Notes under the pieces: model-generated | Databases searched by the model: none | What the model was told of the DNA's origin: nothing | What the model saw: only the letters and a program-made list of their open reading frames with translations | Translations under genes and position numbers: made by a program | Shown here: positions 39,546-52,555 of the stretch, piece after piece | Position numbering within the stretch: position 1 is the first letter of the stretch | Layout of the letters: the number at the start of each line of letters is the position of its first letter | Origin: Paramecium tetraurelia | Lineage: Eukaryota | Assembly: GCA_000165425.1 (NCBI GenBank) | Contig: CT868541.1 | Coordinates: 164,096-228,095, forward strand | Length of the DNA: 64,000 nt | Reading direction: 5' to 3'

Positions 39546-42500
39546 TCATTTCATATTATTAATTTGGAACTTCTTCACTTCTATTGATTTTAAAAGTGAA
39601 AATTTAAATATTTCTCTTGCTCTATCACATCCAAAAAGTAGACGTAAAACATTTTAAGATCCAAATTACAAATTCAATTAATTATGTAAAGTTTGATCAA
39701 TCTCAAGTAATGTCATTTTACTTAAATCATATGTTCCTTTCAATTTGAAATAGTTTTGCTCACTCGCTTGCTTCTTTTGTGTTTCTGAAGTTAGTTTTGC
39801 ATATTTTTTATTTACTGTTTGTTCAAGCATTAAATCTGGCTTAAGGAAAAACCTATATAATGCTAATATTGAAAATGTTACCAATCTTCAAGATTTTCAG
39901 TGAATATTCGAATTTATGTACCATCATTGTGGATCAACATTCTTTTTTTGTGAAATTCTTTGAATTTGCTAAATATTGGTTTTTCAGGGTTAACAACGGC
40001 CCACATTGTACATCTTGGTTAAATACCATTACTTATATATAACAAAGCACCTTGACTGATTGTATCATCAGAAAACTTGATATTATTCAAAGCTATCTAA
40101 AATTTCATAAATGAAATTATTTTAGGGAAGAATATGATAGCTACTTCTAAAGAATCTTCATCTTTGAATGGAGGAGGCTAATCAGTTACAGAATAGAGAA
40201 CACAAATTCTTTGATCGCCTTCCATTTTATAACAGCCTTCGATCTAGAATATCAAAATATTATTTACTTGTGATTTATTAATTTTGAATATCAATTTAAG
40301 AGAAGTAAATTCCATTAATAATTTTGGGTTTTCAAATTAAATATTAGGATTAGCTTTCTTAGAGATCTCCTCATCTGCCTCACATAGTATAAAGTACTTA
40401 GAAGTCACTACTACTAATGAAGGCAGATTGAGGCCATTTTGTGTTTGATAATAGCATTTAATAAAATGTTCAACATAATAATCAGGTCTTTAATTTCCTT
40501 ATTACTCTTCGTCATCCTTATTCTTAATTAAGATTGATCTATTTAATAAACCTGATTGTAATTTTAATTAATAATCGAATGCAAATAAATCTTCTAATAT
40601 TTCTTGAATAAATGACTGTCTTATGAATTTTTTGTTAAAGACTTCCATTTTTGTTAACACAGATAGAATCTAAAATTTTAAGCTTTTACATTTTACAATA
40701 TATAGACCTACTAGTTTAATCAAAGAGGATCTTGTCTATGATTTGATTTTAAAGAACTTTTCATCTAAGCTTACCGCTGCTAAGAGACTTTTTTCTGATT
40801 GCATATCCCAAACAATAATTTCTAAGAATATTGTAAAACCTTATAATGGAAGCAAATTAAGTAAGATATATTCATCGATTTATCGATTGATAAGTGTAGC
40901 TATTTAATTTCTTTCTTCTATTCTTAATTTTTAGAAATCTTCGAGATAATCTTTTTCATAAGTTTCCATAATTTTATCTTCATATGATATTTTAGTTAAA
41001 TTAGATGTAATTTTGCTCATGCATTCACATGTCTCTTTAATCAAAACCAAATCATCATAAGTCAATGGGAACTTATCCTCATTTTGTAGTTTAACAGAGA
41101 TAATATCTAGCATATCTCTTACTGCTTTGGCAATAACAAAGAAGGATATTATAAAAGACTTCTCTTTAGCACAAAAAGAGTATTCTAAAATTACATTCAT
41201 TATTTTAAGATATTTGGCTCCTATATTCCCATTATGCCAATCAGCCCATTAGCAAATTAAAGTTAACTCTCTAATATATTCAGCTCTCTATCCCAATTAC
41301 TCAGCCATTTTCTATCTTTGAACATTTGGTTTATTTTGATCCTAAGGACAATAACCTAGTAAGGCATAAACTATTCTTAAATAAGCACATACAGTAATTG
41401 TTCTTTCTTCAAATTTAATACCAGTATAAGTAATGTGTTCCTAAGTTATACTTAATGCTTTCTTTGTGAACATTGGGAAATGAATAATCTTATTTGGATT
41501 AAAATAGGGTTTCTATTTAATGAATCCTCTTAATGGATCTGTAGGCATTGGTAATCCTTGAAATATTGTTGTTAATTTCTCATTCATTCTTGTAGTAGAT
41601 AATTTTTTCACCTCTTACTGTTTATTTAAACTATCACAGTACTCATGAACTTGTTCACGAATATAGAAATTGATTGAATTAAGCATTCTTTCGAATATCA
41701 ATTAGTTTCCAAAGGTTTCAAGAAAGTATTCTTTCAAAGACAAGGATTTAGCTGACTAATTTCGACCAACTAAGAAACCCAACAAGTTTATAGCTCCTTC
41801 CTAATCGTAGAATAATTGATGTTAACTTATATGATAAACAGAATCCTCTTGGTTTTCAACAATTAGAAATGGATCTGCACTAGTTTTCATAGCATCCCAT
41901 ATTTCAGTTTATTTGGATCTCCTATCTAAAGCTGTTTTCTTCCAAATCTTTTGAATTTCCTTAAAATCATATAAACCTGGATTTTTGACTTTACTCAAAT
42001 CTTCTACATCATCTTCCGGTCTCATTTCTAAATTCTCTGCAATTCTAATCAAAATTCTATCAGATACCTTCTTGTAAGGCAACAATGCATCTCTATTAAA
42101 TAAGACTGAAATCAGGTATGTATTTTACTTACCAATAAAGGATCTCTCAATATCAATGTCTAAGGTTTCAGGTGTGAGCAAACTATCTTCATTTAGAAGT
42201 GAGACCTTCATACATTAAGCCTAGTAGAGTCCTTTCAGATTCTCTCTTAATAATGGCTCACAATGTAATGACTTCAAAAAATTGTTGGTTCCAAAAGATA
42301 ATTCGACCTTCTCTTAATATTCTGAATTGTCTTCACCTAATTCTAATAAATCACGTTCTTGATTTCTCTCTAAAATATCAAGGGCATATAATGTTGCATT
42401 CTAACTGAACACTGTAACAAAATCTTCTCTGGATGATGATTTCTCTCCAACTACAATCTTTGTCAAAATCATCATAATATTAGCAACCACACTTTCTGTT

Positions 42501-44782
42501 TTACCAGCACCCAAATTCCTATAGGAACCTAAGAGTGTAACTAATTTGCCAATTTCCTTAGAATCTAATTAAGAAACCTTAATAGTTAATAGACATTAGA
42601 CTACAGCCAATCTGACCATATCACTAGGAGTAGCTAAAACAATGAATAAAGCTTCATCTCTTCCATTGTTATCTAAATTCTTACTTACTTCCATGCAAAT
42701 ATCAGAAATTGGACTATCATACCCAATGGCATTCTTAGAGAAAAATTTGAGTAGTTTAATGATACTTCTAAATACCTCATGCACTTTTACATTCAGTAAA
42801 GAACTGAGGTTTTTAGTTAATTTCTAGATAGTTGGATCTAACTGTTTCATCATCAAAACATAGTAGTCTCCTCCTAAGTAGTGCAATAGCAATTCGCAAT
42901 TATGAGTTTTTAAACATATGTATTTGACAATCTCATTGTTATCCACTCCAGGTTATTATACTTTAATTACTTTGTTTTTCAATAGCTTTCTAATATAAAT
43001 GGCTACTGCATTTATTAAATACGGATGTATTGCTGGAATTGTTGCCATCTATAACAATTCATTCACTAAAAAGCTCTCTTTTATTTATTATTATACTATG
43101 TTATCTGATTTCCATATTGTTCCATATACCTATATGAGAATCCCCACTTTTTCATATCTCAATAAGATAGTATCCTTGTTCTCTTTTGTTTCAGGATTTA
43201 AAAGGGAATTTCTGAACTTTTTAAACATAAACAGATATTTCCTTAGTTCATCCTCCACATCCTTAATAAAGTTACACGCTGTTTATCTTGACTCCAATAC
43301 TTCCTTAGTGCATATCTGACTCCTTTTCATTGAATTATTGATCAAATACAAGATGCCTATGTATTATTCATCCAATTCAGATTTCAATAACAGTTTGAAT
43401 AAAACTAAGCTCTTAGATATGATCCCTCTATAATGATATTCATTTGCAAACTTTTGAAATTCTGCTAACTAAGCCATGAAATTTAGAAATAGAACATCTC
43501 TCTATTGTTGTTCTTCTCTTAAGTTATCCATATCCTTCATATAATTGGCCATAATCTAATCCAGCCAATCTACAAAATTAAATTGAGCCAACTTTATTGG
43601 AACCATTTCCTCGTCATCTCTTTCTTCGACAGTTCTCAAAATACCTTCCATGACAAATGTAGGAACATATTCTAACTCCTTTTATTATTGCAATAAAGGA
43701 ATGCTATATTTCTAAATAATGTTCCTAGCTATTAATGCCATACCAGTTCCACTTCTCACTATTTCCACCACCATTTAAAAGCATCTCCGACCAATTTCTA
43801 AACATCTCACAATTGCTAATTAAGCCAAAGCCTTTAGAATTTACTCTACGTAACTCTATTGATTTTAAGCAAAAAGAAAGCAATTTTATAAGAAACTGTC
43901 TATATATTCTGCAATTTGTTGCTACTTCTTTGGATCCTTATCAAGGAAACACAAATCAGCTTTATTTGGTTAAACAATAATTCTATTCACTAAATCGTCT
44001 ATCCTTCTTAGACAAGGGACAATTGCCTAAGGATCATTTATACATTTAGTTATCTTCTCACATAGTTGTTTAGCATACTCCTAATCTTCATCATCAGGTT
44101 CACTATCAATAAACTCTACATCTCCTAATACTTCTTCAATATTGAAATTAGCATCGGGTACAAATAAATCTATAGATTTGGTATTCAAAGTTTTCAGTAT
44201 TCCAGATAATGTAACAGCAAATGCAGTTTCAATAAGAGGTTGTCTTTTTAGAAATGGATTTCTCAAAATGTTCAAAGTCTATATTTTCAATTGCTTTAAT
44301 TCCTCAAGAATGTTCTTAATATCATATCCATGAGCAAATTTAATTAAGTTATCATTGATTAATAGCACTTCTAAGTTTTTTGAGAATTATTTAATGTCAT
44401 TATTTTGAATTGTTGTAATAGAGTTATGAGATATATCAATATATTTAAGTTAAGATAAGGGACCACAATCAGGAAATCGTTTTAATCTGTTATGCTATAA
44501 ATTTAGCATTTGCAAACTCTATGTTTTTAATTTAACATCTTCTATAATATTGTTGCTAGCATCTAATGTTCTCAAATTATAAAATTAATTCACTTCCTCG
44601 ATCATTTTTAATCGATTTTTAGACAAGTTGATTATGCCAATCTTCTTCCTCAAATCCAGTTTTAATTAATCAAATGCCACTATACGAACAAGTCCTCCCT
44701 CTTCTGAAAAATCAAGCTCATCGTCATGTTTATCAATCTGATTTAAAATCTGATCAAGAGTTAATTCAATTTCTTATAACAT
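39546..44782 (-). CDS. Large protein (about 1700 aa) with N-terminal SDS22-like LRRs, a helical (ARM/HEAT-like) body and a possible C-terminal PH-like module
   Basis: IINLSKNRLKMIEEVNQFYNLRTLDASNNIIE, LQMLNLQHNRL, LKVLNILRNPF; several minus-strand ORF-track fragments are in frame with it. Confidence 0.8.
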
Positions 44783-44822
44783 GTGAAATATATTATTATT
44801 CTGTATACTTGTAAAAATTAAT

Positions 44823-46130
44823 TCAATTAATAAAATATTGACTTGATACTTAAATATCATAAGGAATGTTTTGTTCGACATAGGCCATTTCGATATGATT
44901 GTCTACAATATAAGTATGGAAGTCCCAGAATCTTTCAGCTGCAATTATCTTTAATAAATAATTAACTACCTTATTTTTTGTTATTTTTCATTCTGTATTT
45001 ATGAAATGCTTATAAGGCCATCTAACCAAAATGATTTTAATAAAGCTTGAGTGATACAAGCATATCATTTGTTTCCAATGATTCTGCTATCATCTTCAGT
45101 CCATTGTCATCAATATCATTCCTAACCATATCTAAATGTATTAATGTTCGCTAAATTTAATCCCAATCAATTACATTCTTGCTTAAAGCCTATGAAATTG
45201 CCTTTGCACCATAATGTCCTGTTCTATTTGAAGTTAATATTAGACTCTCTAACACGCAATATTCACCACACAAATATTTAGCAATAGCTTCGCACCCCTT
45301 AAATGAAATTCGATTTGCTGTTAAGTCCAAGACTCTTAACTTATTGTTTTCTAATAAATGCTCTGTGATGATATATATGGCATCACATGTAAAATTATGT
45401 TTTTGCAAAGAGATTTTTTCCAATCCTCTATTGGAATGAAACATTTTTCCAAAATGAATTGCTGTCTCCTATCCAATTGAATGATAAACTGGGTTATCCA
45501 AATTTAATATTTATAATGTATTATTCTTCCAATTCAAAATTGATGTAATTGCCTAATAAATCTAAAAAACTTCCTTACAATCACACCGTCATGATCTATT
45601 CCATTGTTGGCTAAATTTAATTCTACAATAGATTTATTATTAAATAACATCTCAACAATAGACATTGCCCCTTTGGTTTATAAATTGTTAAAGTTCAAAT
45701 TCAGATGAGTCAAGGTTTGTATATCCTTAATCCCTTCTGCTATCAATTCTCCTCCTTCGACACCAATTTTATTACTCTATAAATTGAGACTTTCCAATGA
45801 ATTACATCCTTATTTAATTTATAGAGATTTAGTACCTGATAAAAATTTTGATAATTCTTGAACTCCTACATTAGTTATTTCATTAAATGATAGATCTATG
45901 TGTTGGATATTTTCCTTGTAATTTTGAAGACAAGAAAGTAATAAAATTAAATCTTAATCTAACATCCGCTAATTGAAATTGAGCTTGTAATTTCCTCTAA
46001 AAATTAAATCAATATCGTTCGCTTTAGTTTAATAAGTTCTCACTATTGCTTCATTCACAGGTTTCGAAAATTCAGAGCATTATCTTTTATAATCAGTTGC
46101 AATTTTAGGTCTTATAATTTCCCAATCCAT
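44823..46130 (-). CDS. LRRC34: LRRC34-like RNI-type leucine-rich repeat protein
   Basis: IFRGNYKLNFNQRMLDQD, HIDLSFNEITNVG, LRVLDLTANRISFKGCEAIAKYL, LKLYQNHFG, WDFHTYIVDNHIEMAYV; several micro-introns. Confidence 0.75.
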
Positions 46131-46141
46131 TATTTTAATTA

Positions 46142-46470
46142 ATGCAATAATAATTAAATTCTTAAGTTATTTTAGATCGTAATCAAGAATTCAAAGGAGT
46201 TGAGTTCTAATTCAACTCTAGAAAGATTGTTGTTGAAAACATAGATTCTCTAGAACCATTATCAAAGTATATTGATGCAGATAAACTCAATGAAATTCTC
46301 AGTAATTATAATCTTACTAGGAAGATTATAAAATTGAGGATTCAAAAAAAGGAGAAGAAGGCATGAAATTGAATTCGCATATTAAATATTATGACTTCTC
46401 TAGACCTCCAACTGGTATTCCTAAAAAGGCTTTCAGAGCATATAGCGCTATAGCAAAGAAAAAGAAGTGA
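46142..46470 (+). CDS. Small hypothetical protein; frame junction near 46320 unresolved
   Basis: ATG 46142 with coding-like sequence; the 3' segment (YYDFSRPPTGIPKKAFRAYSAIAKKKK-TGA) is in a different frame. Confidence 0.4.
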
Positions 46471-46680
46471 ATACATATTATCATTATTATTCAAGCTATT
46501 TTAGTAAAAAATTATAGCATTTTGAGAATATCATAAGAAATACAATCTGATAAGTTTTCTTGATTATATATTAATAAGGCTTCAGCTATGCGAAATTAAT
46601 AGAGCATTTTGGACTAATTATATAAATTTCAATGATTAATTATCATGCTTAGTTATATATAAATAATTTATATTAATTGA

Positions 46681-46953
46681 ATGACCAATTCTAGGGTTCA
46701 TGCCATTGATTCTCTAAAACCTTAATCTTTAATCCATATGGAATCTCAAGAACAAATTTAGGATAATCAAATTGTCATTTGTAAAACTAATCCTAATATA
46801 AAATCAATCCTCAAAAAATAGGAAGGATAATAGAAAGAGAAGAAGTAACTTCAGTTTAAAGACGATCGAAATAAAATTTATGTAGTTGAAAATTGGAAAA
46901 TTTATAATACCCCTTTCGATGAGGATGACAGTTGCTGCTGTTTAATATAATGA
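46681..46953 (+). CDS. 90-aa protein with SILK and RVxF-like motifs and a C-terminal CaaX box
   Basis: Intronless: ..IKSILKKQEGQQKEKKQLQFKDDRNKIYVVENWKIYNTPFDEDDSCCCLIQ-TGA. Confidence 0.8.
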
Positions 46954-46992
46954 ATTTTTTTAAAGATTAATAATTCATACTAATTAACTAAA

Positions 46993-47973
46993 TCATAATT
47001 ATGCACGCAAGTATTAAGTTATTTCTTAAAACGATGGTCTTTTATTCGGATCTTGATCCCAACATTTGATCATCAAATCTTTTAAAAATGAAGGACACCC
47101 TAACTAAATTAAGTTTAGATCTGGTCTTCCATGATCAACAGTTACTAATTTCATAATCGCAGGAGGATTTGTAGATAACTGTTTATAAGGTGTTTCTCTG
47201 CAACATATTTCCCATAACACTATCTAAAATTAGAATAACTATTATACTGCATATGAATACACATCTGCTTTTATAGTATACGGGACATTCTAAAATACTT
47301 CAGGAGCCATCCAATGCTACAAATTAGATAATATATTATACAAATGTTCCTAATATTCCTGTCATTATCTCACCATTATCAGCTTAAACTCTTGCTAAAC
47401 CAAAGTCAGCTATCTTTATATTCACCTTAGTTTAGTCGTAGGTCTATTCTAATAATAAACTAACATTAATAATAACAAGTACTTTAAACTTTTTAAGTCT
47501 CTATGAATCAATGGTGGATTCAATTTATGAAGATGTAACATTCCTTCTGCAATTTACCATGCTATTTTGACTCTATTCTACCAACTAATATCTAGATGCT
47601 TTTTTCTATGTAATAAATCAAACAATGTCCCTCCTGCACAAAATTCTGTTACAATATAGAGTTCGTCATCCTTTTAAGATATTCCCATCAATTAGACCAA
47701 ATTATTATGTTTCTGAATTGTTACAAATGCAGATATTTCTCTCCTAAATTCCTTTAAATGATTTTCATTCAATGACTTTATTTTCATTTTCTTTATTGCC
47801 ACTTCCCCTCCTCTCCAATATCCCTTATACACTTCACAGCTACTTCCTGTTCCAATTAATCTTTCTAATCTTAGTTGATCGTGAGAAATCATCCATTCTT
47901 AAACGTCTAAAATAAGATGATAATTTATTTACTTTTCCCCTACTTTTAGAAATAATCTACAACTTAAAAATTA

Positions 47974-48018
<45 letters not shown>

Positions 48019-48510
48019 TATTATTATTATTACTATAATTATTAACTGATCTCTACTTTTTATTATGAAATATTATTATTTTTACTTTTCTCATTCAACT
48101 AATTGAATTAATCAAAGTAATTATGATTTATTGGCTAAGAATTTGCTGATTAAATTCTTTAATTTTAAAGTAAACCATTTTAATTACTTGTTCCATTGTG
48201 TTTTTATCCCCAATTCAAAAATTCTTCATCATTTAACAATTCCTTTGTCAATTTTACATTTTAGTTTACCAATGGTGCTCTTATATTATTTTACAATTAT
48301 TCATTGGGTTTATTTGGAAATTATTCTGTCTCATCTTCGTTTTGGTGAACCTCATCTTCGTCTGAAAAATCTAAACCTTGATATAAATAGGACCCTTATT
48401 ATTACTATTTGGTTTATTTCTTTTTCTGTTCTACATTCTTGTTTAGGCTCGATTGATTTTCTTGTTATTGTTTTAAAATTTATAACTCCTCTTATTATTA
48501 TAACTATAAC

Positions 48511-48592
<82 letters not shown>

Positions 48593-50943
48593 GTTATTGT
48601 TATTGTTATTGTTATTGTTATTGTTATTGTTATTGTTATTGTTATTGTTATTGTTATTGTTATTGTTATTGTTATTGTTATTGTTATTGTTATTGTTATT
48701 GTTATTATTGCTAAGAAATTACATTAGAATTGTTATTGGAACCATTTACACTAGTGTCCACATCAAAGCTAAATTTTTTAATTCTTTCAGCATTTGTTTA
48801 AACAGATAACACTGGTCTTATTGGGTATTATGTTGCAAACTTCTCATTTCTAGGATCTAATTCTACAACTTCGTCATCATATTCAATTACTTAAGTACTC
48901 ATGATTTCTCCATAACTTTAAGGTATTTTTATTCCATCAATTGACATAGAATAACTCAGATAATCATAAATATTGAACTCCCCTTTAATTTGCTAAAAAA
49001 TTGGTACCTTTTTCAATGTATCAATTACACTTCTTGGAGGATCAGGTATAATTTAATAAAATTAAGGGATTTATTTACAAGATTAAAAAAATTATGAAGT
49101 ACTATAAAAATTGTTTTGGTATTCATCTTCAAATTGTATAAAAGCTTATTTGATTTCATTATTTTATGAAGGCATGCCTGTAATATAATTTGTACTTTAT
49201 TTTAAAGCATAATAAATGTGAGTGCAGGTACTTAGAATGTTGTATAATTCATCTGCCATTGTAATTGCAAATCCTAATTATAAATTAAATAGAGTTGATT
49301 TTTAGAATTAAAAACTATTTATGAAAATATTAATCTATTTCCACAAGTTAATTAAATTATTTAATATCGCTATGCTTAATTTTAGTTTATCCCTAGAGTT
49401 AATGTGATTGAAAAAGGGAACCATTGCAAAATTGCCTTCAAAGTACTTTAAGTAATATTTATGAAATTTGACCTTTTCTATTAATATAACAGAATAGCTG
49501 TATAATAAATTAGTAAAAAATTGTGATCTAAATTTATCTTTTGATGGTTTGGTTATGGAGGTCTCTTAAAACATTTTAATCTTCTCTAAAATAGAAAGGG
49601 GTGAATTTTAATTATTAACTAACAAAGCTTCTTAAGGCCCTTTTTTTAAGTAATTGTGTAACAGTTAAAGAGTTTTGAAAGTAATTATCACAGAATTTAA
49701 TTGTAATCTGTTGAATAATTTTTCATAAAACTTTGGAATTTTGGCTTTCTTTTACCATGCTTTAACATGAAGATAGCGAAAATATTTTTAATTCGGAGCA
49801 GCATCAACTTCTTCCAAACAAGCAGCCACCCAAAAATCTGTCTTTTAAGCCACTTTACTCACTAATTTGACAAATTTTGTAGATAGAGATGATGAGGATG
49901 GATGCTGAAAATCAATCAGCTCTAATTAATTGCTTTTATAATTCTCATTTCTTTAAGTAAGTATTTCTCTATTCATTTTTTCATTTGTTGATAAGCTTCT
50001 AATATGAATTTGAGAAGACATAGGACTATATATTAAACTTTTTTGTACTTCTAGTTTATTAAATAAGTGTGAATATATTCTTCAATTTATTCAGCACTCA
50101 ATCTCTCCTTTGGATTAGGAATTAATAGAAGTCTGATTAACTCTTGTAATTTATTACTATAGAGACCCCATTTCGGACTTATATAAATTAATTTATACTT
50201 CTTCTCCCAATTAGGATTTTAATCATATCGTACTTTAAATAAAATGTAATACATTAGCTATCCTAAAGCATAAATGTCAACTTTTTTGGTTATAGGCCAT
50301 CTCTACTAAAAATCCTTTTGTTCAGGAGCTCTGACATGCTCGAAAGTGTTGGCTTCAATTTCTTCTTTAATTTTAGGAATATATTCATTAGGCAAATGAT
50401 CGTATTACTCGATTACATTATTTCATACTTAAAAAAAGCATCTTTAAAAATTCCATAACTTAGCTTATTTATCAATTCCTATCAAAATATTTTCAGGTCT
50501 AATATCGCGATGAGTGATGCCTAAACTATGACATTATTTTAATCCTTTGCTCAAATCCAATAAAATCTACACTTATTTTTCTGCTTACTTTCAGGACTTG
50601 AGGTTCTTCCAAACCTTTTTATGAATCCTTCAAAATATTTTGGAGGACTTCAGCTTTTTCAAATACTATTACTTTAATATTTTATTGGAGATCTCCTTCA
50701 AATGATTTGGCAATGTTGATATTTCCATAATCTTTGAAAATATGTACAGCTTGTAACTCAGTATTCAAATACTAAATTAAAATTCATAGTTTAACATATT
50801 ACCTTCTCTTACCCATTGTCATATACTTTTACTACATAATTGAACTCAGATGTTGAATATAATCTGTATTTTGTACCTTAAAAGCATACATACGAAAGGT
50901 ATAGACTCTACTTATTTCCAAAAAGCACTTTTTGTTATTACAT
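46993..50943 (-). CDS. Dual-kinase protein: NAK-like pseudokinase + ANTH-like domain + polyQ + TKL (Raf/MLK-like) kinase
   Basis: N-terminal HRDIRPEN, KLWNFQ, KEEIEANTFEHVRAPE, PITKKVDIYALG; ANTH-like ACLEEVDAAPNQKYFR..VIITFKTLQLLHNYLKKGP; C-terminal IGTGSSCEVYKG, VAIKK, HRDLKSLN, DFG, MTGILGTFHWMAPE. Confidence 0.88.
48510..48713 (-). repeat. Coding microsatellite, (CAATAA)n followed by (TAA)n, encoding 68 consecutive Gln
   Basis: 204 nt of in-frame TAG/CAA/TAA codons inside the dual-kinase gene. Confidence 0.92.
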
Positions 50944-51875
50944 TATTAAAAATAAATATAATTTAACCTATTTAATATTAACAAAATTTCTTAAATTGGG
51001 CAAATCTTGTTAAAAAGTTACTAGAAGTTTGTAATTTCAAAATTAGGCAATTATAAATTAAAAAAAAATAGCTATACATTTTTAAATTGATTAAATTTAT
51101 AAATAAATATAGCATTTATTCTCTTTTGTGTTTTAATTCCTCTATTTTAGTTTTTTTGTAAATAAATTATGTACTTTAAAATAAAATTAACCATAAGTGA
51201 TTAATAGTGGCAAAAATAAAGATCTCAATTTACACCTCATATAAATATTCACAAATTTATAAACCCTGTAGATTGAAAATTTTTATAAATGTCAATTATT
51301 GAGTAGAATTAAAATCAATATACAAGTACTAGGTAGAGACATTGTTATCATGAAGATTTTTGAAATTGGATGATAAGAAGGGTTGTTTTTTTCTGTAGTG
51401 AAATGTATTATTTCTATTTGAATAATCTGATTCATAGTTAATTGATCAAATCTGAATTTTAAGAACTAATAGGGGTTAATGAAAACTAATAATTTAAGAT
51501 AGCACAAGACTAATAATGATTTGGATCGCTCTGTACTAAACCTAATAATAATCTTAAGAACTAGTTAAAGAGATTTACTTATTGATGTTTATCTATGATA
51601 AGAAATCAGAAATACCTCATAAACCGAAAACAAATCAAAAATTTAATGGAATTAATATAATTTATGCTCTTTATCAAAAAATACTTAAATGAATGGAGAC
51701 TTCCTTTAACAAATCTGGACCAATAAAACTCAGGAAATCATACTAATTCCTATCGAAAAACAAAATTATGGGATTACTTAATTGATCTAATAAACTTAGA
51801 AGGTATATTTATGAAAAAATAATTAAATAATTCTAAATCAATTAGATTGATACCTAATTTATTATTATTATATAA

Positions 51876-52531
51876 ATGTTTAGAATTGGACGAATATTCC
51901 CCATTTCAGTTCCGCCCGCTCATCCAAATGCTCTAACTCGAGTATTCTTCGATGTTGAGGTCAGCGGTAATCCATTAGGTAGAATAGTATTTTAGGTATC
52001 GAATTCATTCATATATTAGCTTTTTGATAATATTGCTCCAAAGACAGCAACAAACTTTTTGAGAATTGCTCAAGGAGTTTAAGTAGATGGCAAGAAGCTT
52101 CATTATTAGGATACATAAATTCATAAAATTCTACCATTCAGAGGAATTTGGGGTGGTGCATTAGGAGGATCTATCTATGGAAAAACTTTTCCTGATGAAA
52201 ATTACAGAATCAAACATGATAGAGTAGGATTATTAACAACATCAAACCCAAAAATCAATAGCAATGATGCTGGTTTCATAATTACTTTGGGTCCTGCTGA
52301 ATGGCTTGATAAAAAGTCAGTTGCTTTCGGAGAGGTTATTTATGGGCTTCAACATGTGAGAGCAATTGAAAAATTAGGTAATTAAATTGGCTACATTTTT
52401 TAGGTGGATTATCTGGGGCACCCAAAAAGTCTGTTGTTATTAAATAAAGTGGAGTCATTACTGAACACGAATATCATAAATATGATATAGTAGAGGAACC
52501 AAATATTTGGAATTTGTAAAGTCATCATTGA
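51876..52531 (+). CDS. Cyclophilin-fold protein with degenerate active site
   Basis: [70 protein letters not shown]; two introns. Confidence 0.92.
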
Positions 52532-52555
52532 TAGATATTCAATAATATAATATTA

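Noticed and set aside
48131..48809. 198-aa poly-Ile/Val and 72-aa poly-Leu ORFs in the supplied track
   Set aside because: Antisense shadows of the minus-strand polyQ (TAA/CAA) tract in the dual-kinase gene
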